Source: Octopus sinensis (lineage: Eukaryota). Taken from it: a stretch of DNA of 64,000 nt. Both the position numbers and the translations under genes were made by a program. This document shows positions 11,316-23,570 of the stretch, piece after piece. Positions within the stretch are counted from its first letter, which is position 1. Each line of letters starts with the position of its first letter. The notes under the pieces were generated by a model. That model ran no database searches and was not told where the DNA came from. It saw nothing but the letters and a program-made list of their open reading frames with translations. The stretch is taken from positions 70,742,001 to 70,806,000 of the forward strand of contig NC_042999.1 of the NCBI RefSeq assembly GCF_006345805.1. Direction: 5' to 3'.

Positions 11316-12560
11316 TTATCTTATTGGAGGCTGAGACAGTAAGAATGCTATATTGGATATTTTAAAAACATAAGCAGTGTTTAGTAATTCATTGTACAGA
11401 ATTTGCCAATCAATGTTTTCAGGAAATAAACAGTTCTGTAAATATGTCTTCTTTTTTTTAAATGTAGTCATACAAGCAATTTTGTTTATTGGCTCCCAAT
11501 ATGATGATTTTGTTCTGTTTAGCTAGAAATTTCAGGAAGAGTTAGTAACTGCTCTGCTCAGCTCTGCTTCAGTGGACCATTTTCAGCCATAGTCATTCTA
11601 TCTTTATTTAAAGGTGCTATATTGAATTAGTTGAATGATCAAGTCAAAATTTCATTTATTTAACATATTGGCTTGATTTTGTATAGACAGAGGATGGAAA
11701 TCTGATATTATATGGTTTTCCTGTCACTGGTGGTTATATGTGGTTGGCTTAAAACTGAAACAAGGACATATGGCTTAACTCTTGTTTTATGTTAATTCAG
11801 TTGATTAATCTTTCTTCCTCACCTCCCTTCATCTCATAAAAAAAGACTGATTTTTTTGTTGTGCCAAATGAATTATTGTACCTCATGGCAGTACATGTCA
11901 GGGGCTGGTAAATGTTTGGTTTGAGAATTTGGCAACTGTTAACTTGGTTATGCATTGTTCTTACTATATTTCCAGTACACCATCAGATTTCTATTTATAG
12001 ATGTAATTTTTTTCTTGGATATGCTTTGTTATAATTAACAAATCCACAAGGAACTCTATAATTTTATATCATTGATTAATTAATGTACTAAACTATTTTG
12101 TGACCTCAAGCAAGGTAATTGTCTAAATCTACCTGGTATACAATTCCAGTATTTTTCAGTATTATCAAATTTAATGCTTGTCTTCCTATGTTGTGGGTAG
12201 GATATGGCTGTTGATAGTATATGTAAGAGTATCTATATCCCGTTTAATTACATTCTGATCTAATTACATTGACCTGGTTTTCCCAGATGGTTCATTGTAC
12301 ACACTTGCACTTTGCTTTTCTTTAATGCTAGTTTATTCAGTGCGTCATATTTAATTGCAGTCCCTCTTTTCAATTATTCATGCTTCACAAGTATCTATTA
12401 ACATCATATTTCTGGTATCTGCATCACTCAGTTTGGAGAGAGAGAGAGAGATCTTGTTATTACTGTAAAAATTAGAATGAAACATTTGATTCTATGAATC
12501 TTTTGGGTATTCACCATTCAGACACCTAATTTCATTTGTGCATTTCTGAATTGTGTTTAC

Positions 12561-12598
12561 CAAAGTTTTGTAAACACCAGGCTGTTTACAAAACTTTG
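12561..12598. repeat. Perfect 16-bp inverted repeat with 6-nt loop
   Basis: caaagttttgtaaaca-ccaggc-tgtttacaaaactttg. Confidence 0.9.
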
Positions 12599-13335
12599 AT
12601 ATTCTCCTTTTTCATAGTTTTAAGTACAAAGGGATCTGAAAAAAGAGATGTGGGTAATAAATGTGCTCACTGAATGTACTTTTAACTCTATTAAATAGCA
12701 GTGACCTATTTTAAAAACTAGTACGTATATGCATATATTTTAATAATTAAAGTATAAAACAGAAATAGGGAAACAAGTGTAAATATTTATGAGTAATATT
12801 TGTTTTCTAAGTAAATCTGTATTAACCACTTTTTATAAAATGTATCTAGTTATAATGAATTTCTTTTGTTAGAGTAGAATAACCTTTCTCAGTATGCTTA
12901 CCTGTTTACCTGGAAAATAGAAAATGTTAGGATAAAAGTAATTGTGTATTTATCTGAAGCTTTGATATATACCATAGCAAAATTTATTCAGAGAAATGTT
13001 TGCGAACTTAATTATGCAAATTAATGGAACCTTTTCATTTAAGAGTTATTTTTATAAGCAATGAAGAAGTGTTACGTAACTGAACTTGGTGGCATTTTGA
13101 TTTTTAGTTGTAAGTAGCATTTTACTTACACTGCTAATGTCTTTGAAATTAAGGCTGTGGATTCAGTATATAAACTTTTCAAATCTGACTCTATAGATTA
13201 TGATAACATACATTGCCAACGTGAAGACAAAACTTACGAAATTTAAAAAGGGGCTATAATAATAAAAGGATATAAATGTATTTCGTTTTGGGATTTGTTT
13301 TGCAAGATTCTTTATGTGAGTTCGTGTGTTGAAGC

Positions 13336-14292
13336 ATATTCTGTTGTGTCTTGAGAGAGTCATTCTCTTTTAGGGCCTTATAATTAAACACAATCACCGG
13401 TAAAATTTCCACTCATTTACTTATTTATTTTTCTAAAATTTTCATTGCGTCTTGCAACCTTTTCAATAGTTGTCAACTCTGTTATCCAAGCTGTGTTCTT
13501 TTTGTTTGTTTGTGTGCATGCACGCATGTGTGTGTGCACATGTATATATGTATGTATGTGTATACGTTTGTATGATGTATGTATTCTGCTTTCATGTTCA
13601 TGTGCTTGTGTTTTTATGTGTGTGTGTACCTCTGTCTCTTTGTGTGTGCATGTCTGAGTGTGTGTGTGTACGGGTCTTTTGCATCTCTGTACCGTGTTTA
13701 TGTATGGATGTTTATCTCCATATGTGTCCTTGTGTGAAGTGAAGTGTGTGTATATATGGTCATGTGTTTCAGTCTTCATTTGTGTATGTGTGTAGGTACA
13801 TAGGTTATATGAACAGACAAGCACACATACACACATGAAGACTGAAACACATGACCATATACACACACATACTTCACTTCATTCAAGGACATATGAAGAC
13901 ACATGTCCACACATATGGAGATACACATCCATACATACAAACACAATACATAGTTGCAAAAAACCCATACACACACACACACATGAATATGTAGGCAGAA
14001 TATATGCATACAAATGTACACACATACATATATACATATGCACACACACACACACATATATGCACATACACACAGACATGTGCACACACATGTGCACACA
14101 CACACATGTGCACAAACAAACAAAAAGAATGCAGCTTCAATAGTGGACAGTCAACAACTATTGAAAAGGTTGCAAGATGCAATGAAAATTTTAGAAAAAT
14201 AAATAAGTAAATGAGTAGAAATTTTACCCATGAGTGTGTTAAATTATAAGGCACTAAAAGAGAATGACTTCTCCCTAGACATAACAAGATAT
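13336..14292. repeat. ~950-bp palindrome (fold-back element) with (TG)/(CA)-rich inner arms
   Basis: 13360-13510 is the reverse complement of 14110-14270 (about 85% by eye); 13752-13792 pairs with 13823-13861; the central spacer is ~30 nt. Confidence 0.9.
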
Positions 14293-15229
14293 AATGTAAT
14301 AAGCTATAAAGTCAGGAATGTCTTTGTTTATCAGTCTGAACACCTTAAAGCAACTTAAATTTCCATATGGTCTTTAGAAAAAAAACAAACTAAAGAAACC
14401 ACAATTTATCAGATGCTAATGTAATAAGCTGTTTGTTTGCTGTTTTCTATAATCAGAAGTACCTATCAATGGATGATTTTTACCTGGCATATAATGGTGT
14501 AGCATTCATGCTTTTCTCAATGGCATTTGCATTATGAGGGAAAGGAAACAGTTTTACCCAGGAGTTGTAACTTGTCTTCCTACTCTGGGGTATTCACTTA
14601 AAACTTCAAGTCAAAGATTTATGACAGTTAGAATCACTAAAAAGATCAGGTAAGACCCACATCTGAGCACTATTCCCTGGATGAAAAGATGCAGCTTCTA
14701 CCCATGCATAGATCCTAAGTCTCAGCAGACCTGTTTTAAACATTAACTGTTTTTCTCTGCTTCTGTCACTACTGTAGTCCCATTTCTGCCAATATTATTT
14801 TAGCTTTTGGTATACAAATGTTGAAGTTGGATATCAACAGCATCAATCTCATCAACCAGGAGGAACCTACAAAGGTCATAAGCATTGCCCCTCCTTCTAC
14901 ACTAATAAAAAAGAAACTATTGAATTGCTGATAGGTATCTCCTCACTTGTTTTGGTATCTGTTTTCTTTGATAAGTATCTAATTAATGCAGCTTTGGAAC
15001 TGACTTAGCTGATTTTTGTTTATTTATCACTGATATTATTCCCTGTCTTATTATTTTGTGAATGTTTTGAGCTTATATCTTGTTTTTATATTATCTAACG
15101 CTAAAATGTAGTATTCAGATCTGTTTCATAGCTTTCTTCTGTCCATGATGTCATGACCTCAGTTAAATTTTATTATTCAATCATTCCCAAAGTTTTATTG
15201 GTTGCTTTTACAACTGCTTTACAGTTTTA

Positions 15230-15330
15230 CAGAGGTGCATGGCTTAGCGGTTGGGTGTTTGATAGCAAAATACTTTGTTTCACATTGCTCCGGTCCACCC
15301 AGCTGGCAAAAATGAATATTTCTGTGACAG
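15230..15330 (+). mobile_element. tRNA-SINE family B fragment
   Basis: gcatggcttagcggtt..tttcacattgctccggtccacccagctggcaaaaatga matches 33421-33570. Confidence 0.6.
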
Positions 15331-15705
15331 ATTGGCATCCTATCAAGGGTAGGGATATATATATCACAGATGATGATGAATCCAGGCAATTGACCTATAG
15401 CTCAGGAAGGACCTTTGAAAATTTTTTTCTAAAATTTGGACCCCTTACCATTAAGCAGATTGCCATGCACAATTCGTGGTATGGTGAGACAAAGCTAGAA
15501 AGAATGAGATACTGTAATGATGCGACATTACTAGTATTGTGCATTTGTAGCTTGTGGCAAGACTAGGCTTGCTTCCAAGTAGAAAGCATAAACCTTCTCA
15601 AGATTGTCAGTTTGTACCATAAAATGTCTCATACATTTTGCTCAAGATCAAGATACCAAGTTGTGGAATCCTCATCTGTTGTTCACTATGGAGTCCTTAT
15701 ATATG

Positions 15706-15708
<3 letters not shown>

Positions 15709-15742
<34 letters not shown>
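15709..15742. repeat. (TA)n microsatellite
   Basis: Direct reading. Confidence 0.95.
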
Positions 15743-15749
<7 letters not shown>

Positions 15750-15774
15750 TTTATTAAAAGCAGCAGAAATATCA

Positions 15775-15823
15775 CAAACATTGTTACTCAGCGTTTCACG
15801 TTCCCGTTCGTCGGACAGTTTTG
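15775..15823 (-). ncRNA. Type I hammerhead-like motif (U4C core variant) in a TA-adjacent repeat
   Basis: Minus strand: caaaactgt-CCGACGA-acg[ggaa]cgt-GAAA-cgc[t]gag-TA/-acaatgtttg. Confidence 0.55.
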
Positions 15824-17479
15824 TTACATTTTGTTTATCAATAAGCAAGATATATTCTCCATGACAAAATGCAGTGAGTAGTTTGTCCCCCAGTTTGAAT
15901 GTGCACCAAGCATATCCGGATTGACAACATTGCAATTCCACTTATCACTGCTTAGTGCTCCCCTCCGTAAGTTGATTTTGTTTTGCCCGTTTTCACATGG
16001 TAATGCTTTTATCTTTAATCAATGATTCAACTCAGCTTAAGATATCTGACGTAAATAGGATTCTGTCGTATTAACATCTTTTTAGTGGGACATTATTGCT
16101 GAAAGTGAAGTGCAGTGACTACAACCAACAATGAAAAAGGATCACCATCAGTTTGCCAAATATTTCAACTGAATGGGTATTGGCAAATTAATATATCAAT
16201 CTATTGGTACAAATTTTGCTAGGGTTGGAAAGACTAAGTTAAATTGACTTCTAGTCACTTACTGTTGTTTCTTTTATCCATTTTGGAATGATGGAAAAGT
16301 GTCAAATCTCACACTGATTTATTGTGCTCTATAAATAAGCACTATATGGACAGAATGTACAGATGAAATTGAATATGGAAAACCGTTTAGTGTGGCTCTG
16401 TAAACTTGGCAATCTAAAACTGGAATATTGATCACATTTTGAGTTAAATTTTATTTTTACTTTCTTTAGGAAAAACAAAGCTAGAAAAACAGTTACTAAT
16501 TTGAGATTTATTTGATTTCTTTTTCTCATTTGAGTACTTTTATTAACTTTATTACAATAATAAAATTCATGTACAGTTGTAATTAAAGAAGACGTGTTTT
16601 TCAGTCTTGTAACTTTTCCTTGTCTGCATAATATAAAATCTATTTTGGTGGCATTGAAGATTATTGGCACATGTAATGGATTAGAAACCACAACAAACCT
16701 CAACTGTCAGGCAATTAGGAAATAAAATATCCCAACTTACAGAGTTTTTTTTTTTTTTTAGTTTAGTTAACTTGTTGGCTGTCAACCTTTTTTTCTTCAT
16801 TTTTTTCTTTTAATTTTATATAACATGGAATTTAAGAACAGGAAATTGTAGTTTAATATGTTGGAATAGCTTCTCATTATAAAAATATTTTCAATAGTTT
16901 TTGCTGCAGCAAACATATCATTTGACAAGTAGCTTGCTATTCTAATGTAAAATGAGAAAAGTTACTCTGATGAAATAGGTGATTGCATCAGTTAATTATT
17001 ACTGTGAGTACTGTTAAGTTTTCTGTGATCCCAGTGTTTCTACTTTTAGGTTGTTACTGTCACCCTCACATTGACTTCTGTTGGCTGATGGACAATGTGG
17101 TGAAAATGCTCTTCCATTTGCACTCTTATACATTGGCACTCTTATCTCAAATCAAGTAAAGACCTACTGAAACAGCTTACAGTAATGGGATATTTAGTTC
17201 AACTTAAAGAAGAAAAAAAATTTTTTTCCTTTCTTGTTTTTTAAGTGGTTTAAGTATAAGGTAAACAAAGCATGTTTCCATGAGTCAAAATTTGCTTTCA
17301 AAATTGAAATATAATTTTACTTGCTAAAAACTTTTTTCTAAGTTTAGTTTGAATTATTTTTTAGATCCTCACTCCCATTCTAGTTGAAATGTTTTCATAA
17401 AACATTTCAGTTTTATTAATTGGAAATTTCAAACTGAAAGAAAAAAAAAAATGACACTTAAATCAAATCACCTATTTTG

Positions 17480-17845
17480 TTGCTTCCCAACCATGTGGTC
17501 TTGAGTTCAGTCACACTGCTCCCTGTGTGGCACCTTCTATTGAAGCCCAGGGCTGACCAAAGCTGTGTGAGTGGATTTGGTATACAGAAACTGAAAGAAG
17601 CCTTTTGTATGCATTTGTGTGCTTGTACCTCTTTGTTTTGATATTGTGACATTTGCAGATGAATATCATTCATTTCCAATATTTTGTGAAAATGTCTGGA
17701 TATGGGCAAATATTACCTTGCTTGGTAACTGAGGGTTGGCAACAGGAAGTGTACCTGGCCATATAAAATTTGCCTCAATAAACTCTGTCCAACTCTTGCT
17801 AGCTTGGAAAAATAGATATTAAAACAATGATGTTGATAATGATGA
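17480..17845 (+). mobile_element. tRNA-SINE family A, near full length, with RTE-like 3' tail
   Basis: cttcccaaccatgtgg..gagttcagtc head, gaccaaagc..gtgagtggatttgg..gaaactgaaagaagcc body, ggttggcaacaggaag...aatgatg tail. Confidence 0.75.
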
Positions 17846-17899
17846 ATGTCACATGAAATTTCTCTTACTGTGGCAAATTTTCTTCTTTTTCTGCATATC

Positions 17900-19635
17900 T
17901 GCGTTTGATGAATTTCTTTTTCAACCGTATGTATGAAAACTTTAAACTTCAGGAACTCACTTATGATATGTTTAAATCCCTTATCTTCATACAAGGCCTT
18001 ACGGCAACTGAAGATAAAGAAATTCGAGCAAGGATTCTCTCAAAAATGGAGCAAGTGAACCAAGACTTAACCCTACAGACCATTGTAGAAGAATGTCAAA
18101 CAATGGTAAACCTGAAACATGACGTGAAAAAAATAACGAAATTTGTACACATAAAAATACATGGTGTAAATATTAAACTACAGTTGGATATGGGTAGTAA
18201 TATTTCAATCATAAATATGGATATATGAAGAAAAATCAGGAAGCTGAGGTTACATAAAAAGCAAAAATTGCATGTGGTGTGATGGGTGATTAATTACATT
18301 TCATGGGCAAAATATGTACATGCATCACATTTTGAGGAAAAACACACGAAACAAAAATATTTATTGTGGAGAATACAATCAATCCATTTGGTACAGATTG
18401 GTTGGAGTTATTTGACTTAAGGCACCTCCTCATAAGTCTCTACTGCAAAAACATAGATGGTTGTCCCATTAAAAATGAAATCGTCTGAGGAATTGAAGAG
18501 AAAATTATGGCTAATGTTATCCAAGGACTGCCAGTGACTGCATAGGATATAAGAATGAAATCTGTAGGTGATGAGAATATTGCAAAAATGCTTTAAAAAA
18601 TAAGCAGAATAAAAATGCAAATTCAAGTAGTTTCTTAATATGCGACAATATTCTGATGTATGCACAAAGAGTTGTAGTACTGACTACATTACAAAAATCT
18701 GTATTGCAGCAATTTCACAGTGGACACCCTGGGAATGTCAAGGATGAAAGCTCTGATGAGGAGTTATGTCTATTGGCTGACTATGGACTGGGATATCGAA
18801 AATATGGTGAGAACTTGTTGAGGTTGTGCGCTTGCAGCTCAAGCGCGACTGGTGAAATATCAATCATGGTCGGAGACTGAGAACCCATGGTCTAGGTTAC
18901 ATATCAACTATACTGGGTTGGTGAATAGCGCTTACTATCTAATCGTGGTAACCAGCTGTACATAATGGCCAGAGGTATTCAGGTGCAATAAACCAACTGC
19001 TAAGGCAACTATAAAGTTCCTATATGAATTGTTTGCGAGATATGATGTTCCAGACACTTTAGTTTCTGATAATGGAACGCAATTCTTGGGGTATGAATTC
19101 AAGAACTTCTATGAAATGCATGTGATAAAGCATATTTTCACTCTACCCTACCACCTGAGGTCAAATGGGTAGGTACAAAGATTTGTGGGCATGTTCAAAA
19201 GAGCATTAAGAAAAGCTAGGACTGAATTAAGTAACAACGAAGCACTAACAAAATGAGAAATGAGATAAAGCCCAAGCAAAAAAAGATACTAAAAAATAAT
19301 AATAATAAATGAAATTTCTTTATACTCTTAGAATTCAAAATCTCAAAAGGGGAGTTGTTGTGGTGAGAGTACGACACTCTCTGACAAGAATAGATGGGAC
19401 CACTACATATAAATAATAGTGGTCTGACATAGTTGGCAGTTTGTAGTTTGGTCTTTGAAGTCCAGGTACAGTTTATAGTTTGAGTTAGTGTGTTGTAAGT
19501 ATTGATTGTTGGTTTGTTATGTGTTTGTTACAGCTGCTGTTTTATATCTTTTATTGTTATAACACTGTTACAGTGTATTCTTTATCATCAACAGTATCAA
19601 CCATACTATGATATTGGAAGCATAAGGATACAACG
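17900..19635 (+). mobile_element. Ty3/Gypsy (K02A2.6-like) LTR retrotransposon remnant: gag end, protease, integrase, PPT and 3' LTR; RT/RNase H deleted
   Basis: Protease LQLDMGSNISII; zinc-binding FHSGHPG.SRMKALMRSYVYW..C..C; integrase core WSRLHINY..VSDNGTQF..YHLRSNG; PPT aaaaggggag at 19345-19354, then TGTTGT at 19356 starting a ~280-bp LTR-like segment. Confidence 0.85.
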
Positions 19636-19849
19636 GGTATTTTAAAATTTGATCACTGATGTAGCTTTTAAAAATTTACCAAGTATGGAAGAACTTTTTA
19701 TAAGAAAATGTTTTAAGTTTTTCAAGTAAACTGTGATCCTTCTTCATAATCTGATATTTATTTAATATTTGATTCACTGTATTTAAATTTAATATTCAGG
19801 TGACAGTTTAGTATTGTTTAAGAATTATGCAATAGGTGCATGTATTGCT

Positions 19850-20105
19850 GCTTGCTTCACAACCTTGTGGTTCTGGATATGGTCTGTGTGTGGTATTTTG
19901 GGCAAGTGTCCTGTACTATAAATGTCCAATATTTTTGTTAAATTGAAAGTGTAGAAGCCTCTTGTATATGTATGTTTACATTTGTTTTAAAACTAGCAAT
20001 ATGTTGTGTCTCTTCAGATAGTGTTTCAGCATATAGAAACCACTGAAATACAAACAGGATTTGATATGTATGACTAAACTATTGAAGGTTGTGCACTAGT
20101 ATGGT
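19850..20105 (+). mobile_element. tRNA-SINE family A/C, decayed
   Basis: ttgcttcacaacc..tgggcaagtgtc..gtagaagcc..ttgatatgtatgactaaac..gaaggttgtgcactagtatggtc. Confidence 0.55.
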
Positions 20106-21689
20106 CATAATTTAATAATAACTGAAATCAGAAAATGAAAAAAAAAGAAAAACAATTCTATTAAATGTTTTTGATTGTCATTTTGTCGTATACATTTACT
20201 ACAAATTGTGTAAATTTAGATTAGACCATGGGTGCAATATTTTTTCTGTTCACTATATGACACTAATTGATATGTAATGTCTGTTGGAGCTGGTTGTGAA
20301 GTGATCACGTTTATTAAAATGTGTTATAAGACAAAGGACTGAACCATCTCATCTGACATTTGTAACAACTGTGAACTATAACCTTATTTGTTCTTAGTCT
20401 ATAGTTTACATTGGTTTACTTTCTTATCTGCCCTCTACTACCACCCCAACAATTTTTGACCCAACATAACTGATCACTAACAACTTCAGTTGACTCAGTT
20501 GACAGAATGCTATCATCAAGGAGCTTACTATCACCAGTGCTGCAACTGTCCATGACTTAGTTGCTTAGCTAGGTGAGCCAAGCCAACAGAAGCTATCTGT
20601 AATTAAGTTATTACATGGATATTTACAGCTAGGTATAATTATATAATGCTAACTGCTGCAATTAGAAGATGTGCTATATAAATCGTGCATTTTTAATTTA
20701 GCGAATTTTGAGAGATTTCGAGATTAATGCGTTCAGTTTTTTCATAGTACTATGTTATTTTGTTATTGTATAAAACTAAGAAAATTAGAAGAAAAGCATT
20801 CATTGTCTCATGCAATCTAATTTTTTTTTTCTTAGCTTATGTTTAGTCAATGCATTTAATAATTTCTTTTTCTATTCATATGTATTTAGTCTATTTTTCA
20901 AATTCGTCCAGTTACTAATTTTTCCCCTTCTTAGTCCAGTTACTAATTTTCCCCCTTCTGTTGTACAATTTTCAAGATTTTTATTGTTTCTAACCTTTTA
21001 AATGAGTTAGGATTTTTTGGCAGTAGAACAAACAAACCCCCCAACAAACAAACAATTTATTGCTGCCAGTTTATGTTAATCTTTATATGATATATCCTAT
21101 TCAGACATATTGCATGTCTATATAAGGCCTCAGGAACATGTAAATAATAATAATAGGTTTAATATAATTTTATTTTTGTTTATGGTGCATGATAAATATT
21201 TGTAAAATTTAGTCAAGGCATAAATGAATAATAACACCTTTCAGATTTGTGCCTTTAGGTCCATTATTCTTTTTAGGTGTATTCTAAACAAATTTACAAT
21301 AGGTTTGCTTTCCTGTCTGTTTATCCTCATTATTTAGAATGGCTCTTTGCGCTTAACATAAAAATTATTTGCGAAATTGAAATTACTGGAAGTTCACCAA
21401 ACTATTATGTTTGCTACTGCTGCTAGTGTTCTACACCTGTGTATATAAACCAGCAAAAACCTGTACATAAAGTAAAATACTCTTTTTACATGAATAGAGC
21501 ATAATTATCTGAGTAACAATATCTTTAATCTATATGCATATCTAATAGATTCCCTATTGATTTTGCTATCAATTTTTTATGTACTCTAAGTGAATCTTCT
21601 CTACAGATTCATTGTGTAATGGGATTCTTTAATGGCTATTGTATAATGGTGGGTTGTTTTCTTTCTGCTTTTCATAGAAGAGAAATTAG

Positions 21690-21810
21690 CATGCAACAGA
21701 CTTTTTACTGAATTTGAAATACCTGTTAAGTTACTCAAACTTAGAATGTTCAACCAGTAATTGCAGTTTTATCTTGTTAATCTGTTTAATATAGTAACCA
21801 ATGCCACTCC
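21690..21810 (+). mobile_element. Possible highly decayed RTE reverse-transcriptase fragment
   Basis: RLFTEFEIPVKLLKLRM and LFNIVTNA resemble RTE ILIEFGIPxKLVRLIKM and LFNxxLE. Confidence 0.3.
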
Positions 21811-23334
21811 CTTCTGACCTAAAAGATCTCTTTCATATGAGATGACTGCTGTGTTAGGACAATATCGCTACAATATACCTATGATGTCCATGTCTAGACA
21901 AGCTGGTTACTTCCATAACATAGGTCTACATAACAATGTTATTTCTAAGCATAAGTTTGAAAGCAGAGGCAATGGAGAGAAGTTCCAGCTAGATCTTGTA
22001 AACAGAATCTCCGCATGGTTTGAATATACAACAAATCTCTGCTATCCAAATGGCTGAAAATTGTCAGCAGAAGGTACTAGAAACCATGACCTGGATGCTG
22101 CACAGGGCAAGAAATTAATGGTTAAAACCCTTGCCTAAGGGAAGTTTCTTCTCTAAAGACCTGCTGTTCAGCTTTTCAGAGATTTTCTTGTCACTGCTCA
22201 AGCAGAATTGATTAGGTTAGTCAACTAGAATGATAATAATAAGCATTACTGTCTGTATGGAGTGATGATTTACAGTTTATTAGCAACTCCTGTTTCCTTG
22301 TTTGTTGCTTATGCAACAAGCAAGGAAAAACATCAAGCAATTATGCTAAGATTCCTTAAGATATTTTTGTTTTTGTGATAATACAATTGTACTAATAAAC
22401 ACTATTCAAGAAAAAAGCTAGCTTTTTTTTTTAAGTCGTTAATGTTTTACTGTAATAAAGTTAAAAGTATGGCCATAACCGTGTCGCACATAATATTATT
22501 GACAATGATTGGAAAAAAAATTATTACTGTGACATTTAAAAAAAAATTTTGTCATGTTTAAAAAAAAATGCATTTCCAGTTTTATCCATTTGAATTATGT
22601 CATTAATGCGGTTGAGAAAAGAATATTACATTTCATCCCTTTCTCACTTTTCAATCTGAAGCTGCTTATATAAGAAATCCTCAGTACCTCAGCAACTGAA
22701 GTTTTCACAGTCAGTTCCATTTCTTCAGTAAACACCATTTCAATGGTCTTTAGGTATTGAGAAAAACAAAATCACTACTTCCTGATTCTGTTTCTTTCCT
22801 AGAAAATCTCCAGCCCCACTTTTTTTTATTTATTTATTTATTTAAATAAACTTTATTGATAAAGGAAAGAACTGATTTCTTTTTTGTTGTTGTCATTTAC
22901 AAAATATTTGAGTGATTGCTTTCATTATCTGTCCTTATTTACGTATGTATAAAGAGAAACTATTAAAATCTTTAGCCTGCAGAATGTGTGTTGACCGTAG
23001 TCCTGCTCTAGCACAATAGAACGGAAATATTTTTGTAATTTTAATCCTATTTGTAAGTCAATTGAAATTTGTTTTGATTTTTTTTTTATATATATATATA
23101 TAGCTTAGTTAAGAGGAAGTGTTGTGCCTGTAACCATGGCTAGCTATCTGAGACTGAGAATAATGTAGTTTATTTTATAATCATGTATAATTGTGCATGT
23201 ATAAGCATGCAAGTATACAGGTTATTGCCTTAATGTTTCTTAAAGCACTTTTATATTATTTTATATTTTACAGATTTATTTGTTTTAATCTCATTAAAAG
23301 TTATTTATGAAGATCTAATTGTCTGCTTGTTGCA

Positions 23335-23570
23335 GGGTAATCATTAGTCATCTCCAATCAGACTTATGATCAAAAGTATTCCAGCCATGACCATCCCATT
23401 TATTTTCAGACGTAGTATAATTACAATTTTATTTGCTAATATGACTCATTCTTTTTTAAGATCGTAGAGTGTAATTTGAGGGAGACTTGATTGCTAATTC
23501 TATCTGGATGCATGGCTGTACAGGCTCTTGTTGGTTTCTTTTCTTGATTGGGGACTCTTAGAAAACAGCA
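23335..23570 (-). mobile_element. Unclassified interspersed repeat family D (also ~9860-10080, 24330-24460, 32650-32800, 35820-36280)
   Basis: Shared motifs ctactagaa..agccaaat.ccctcaaat..cacc.tact.tcttaaaa and gatggtcatggctggaat...ttgatcata.gtct. Confidence 0.6.

Noticed and set aside
23274-23345. Acceptor-like site followed by KVIYEDLIV, reminiscent of VRYENLIAG
   Set aside because: Similarity stops immediately, there is no GG or HPLD motif, and a stop follows.
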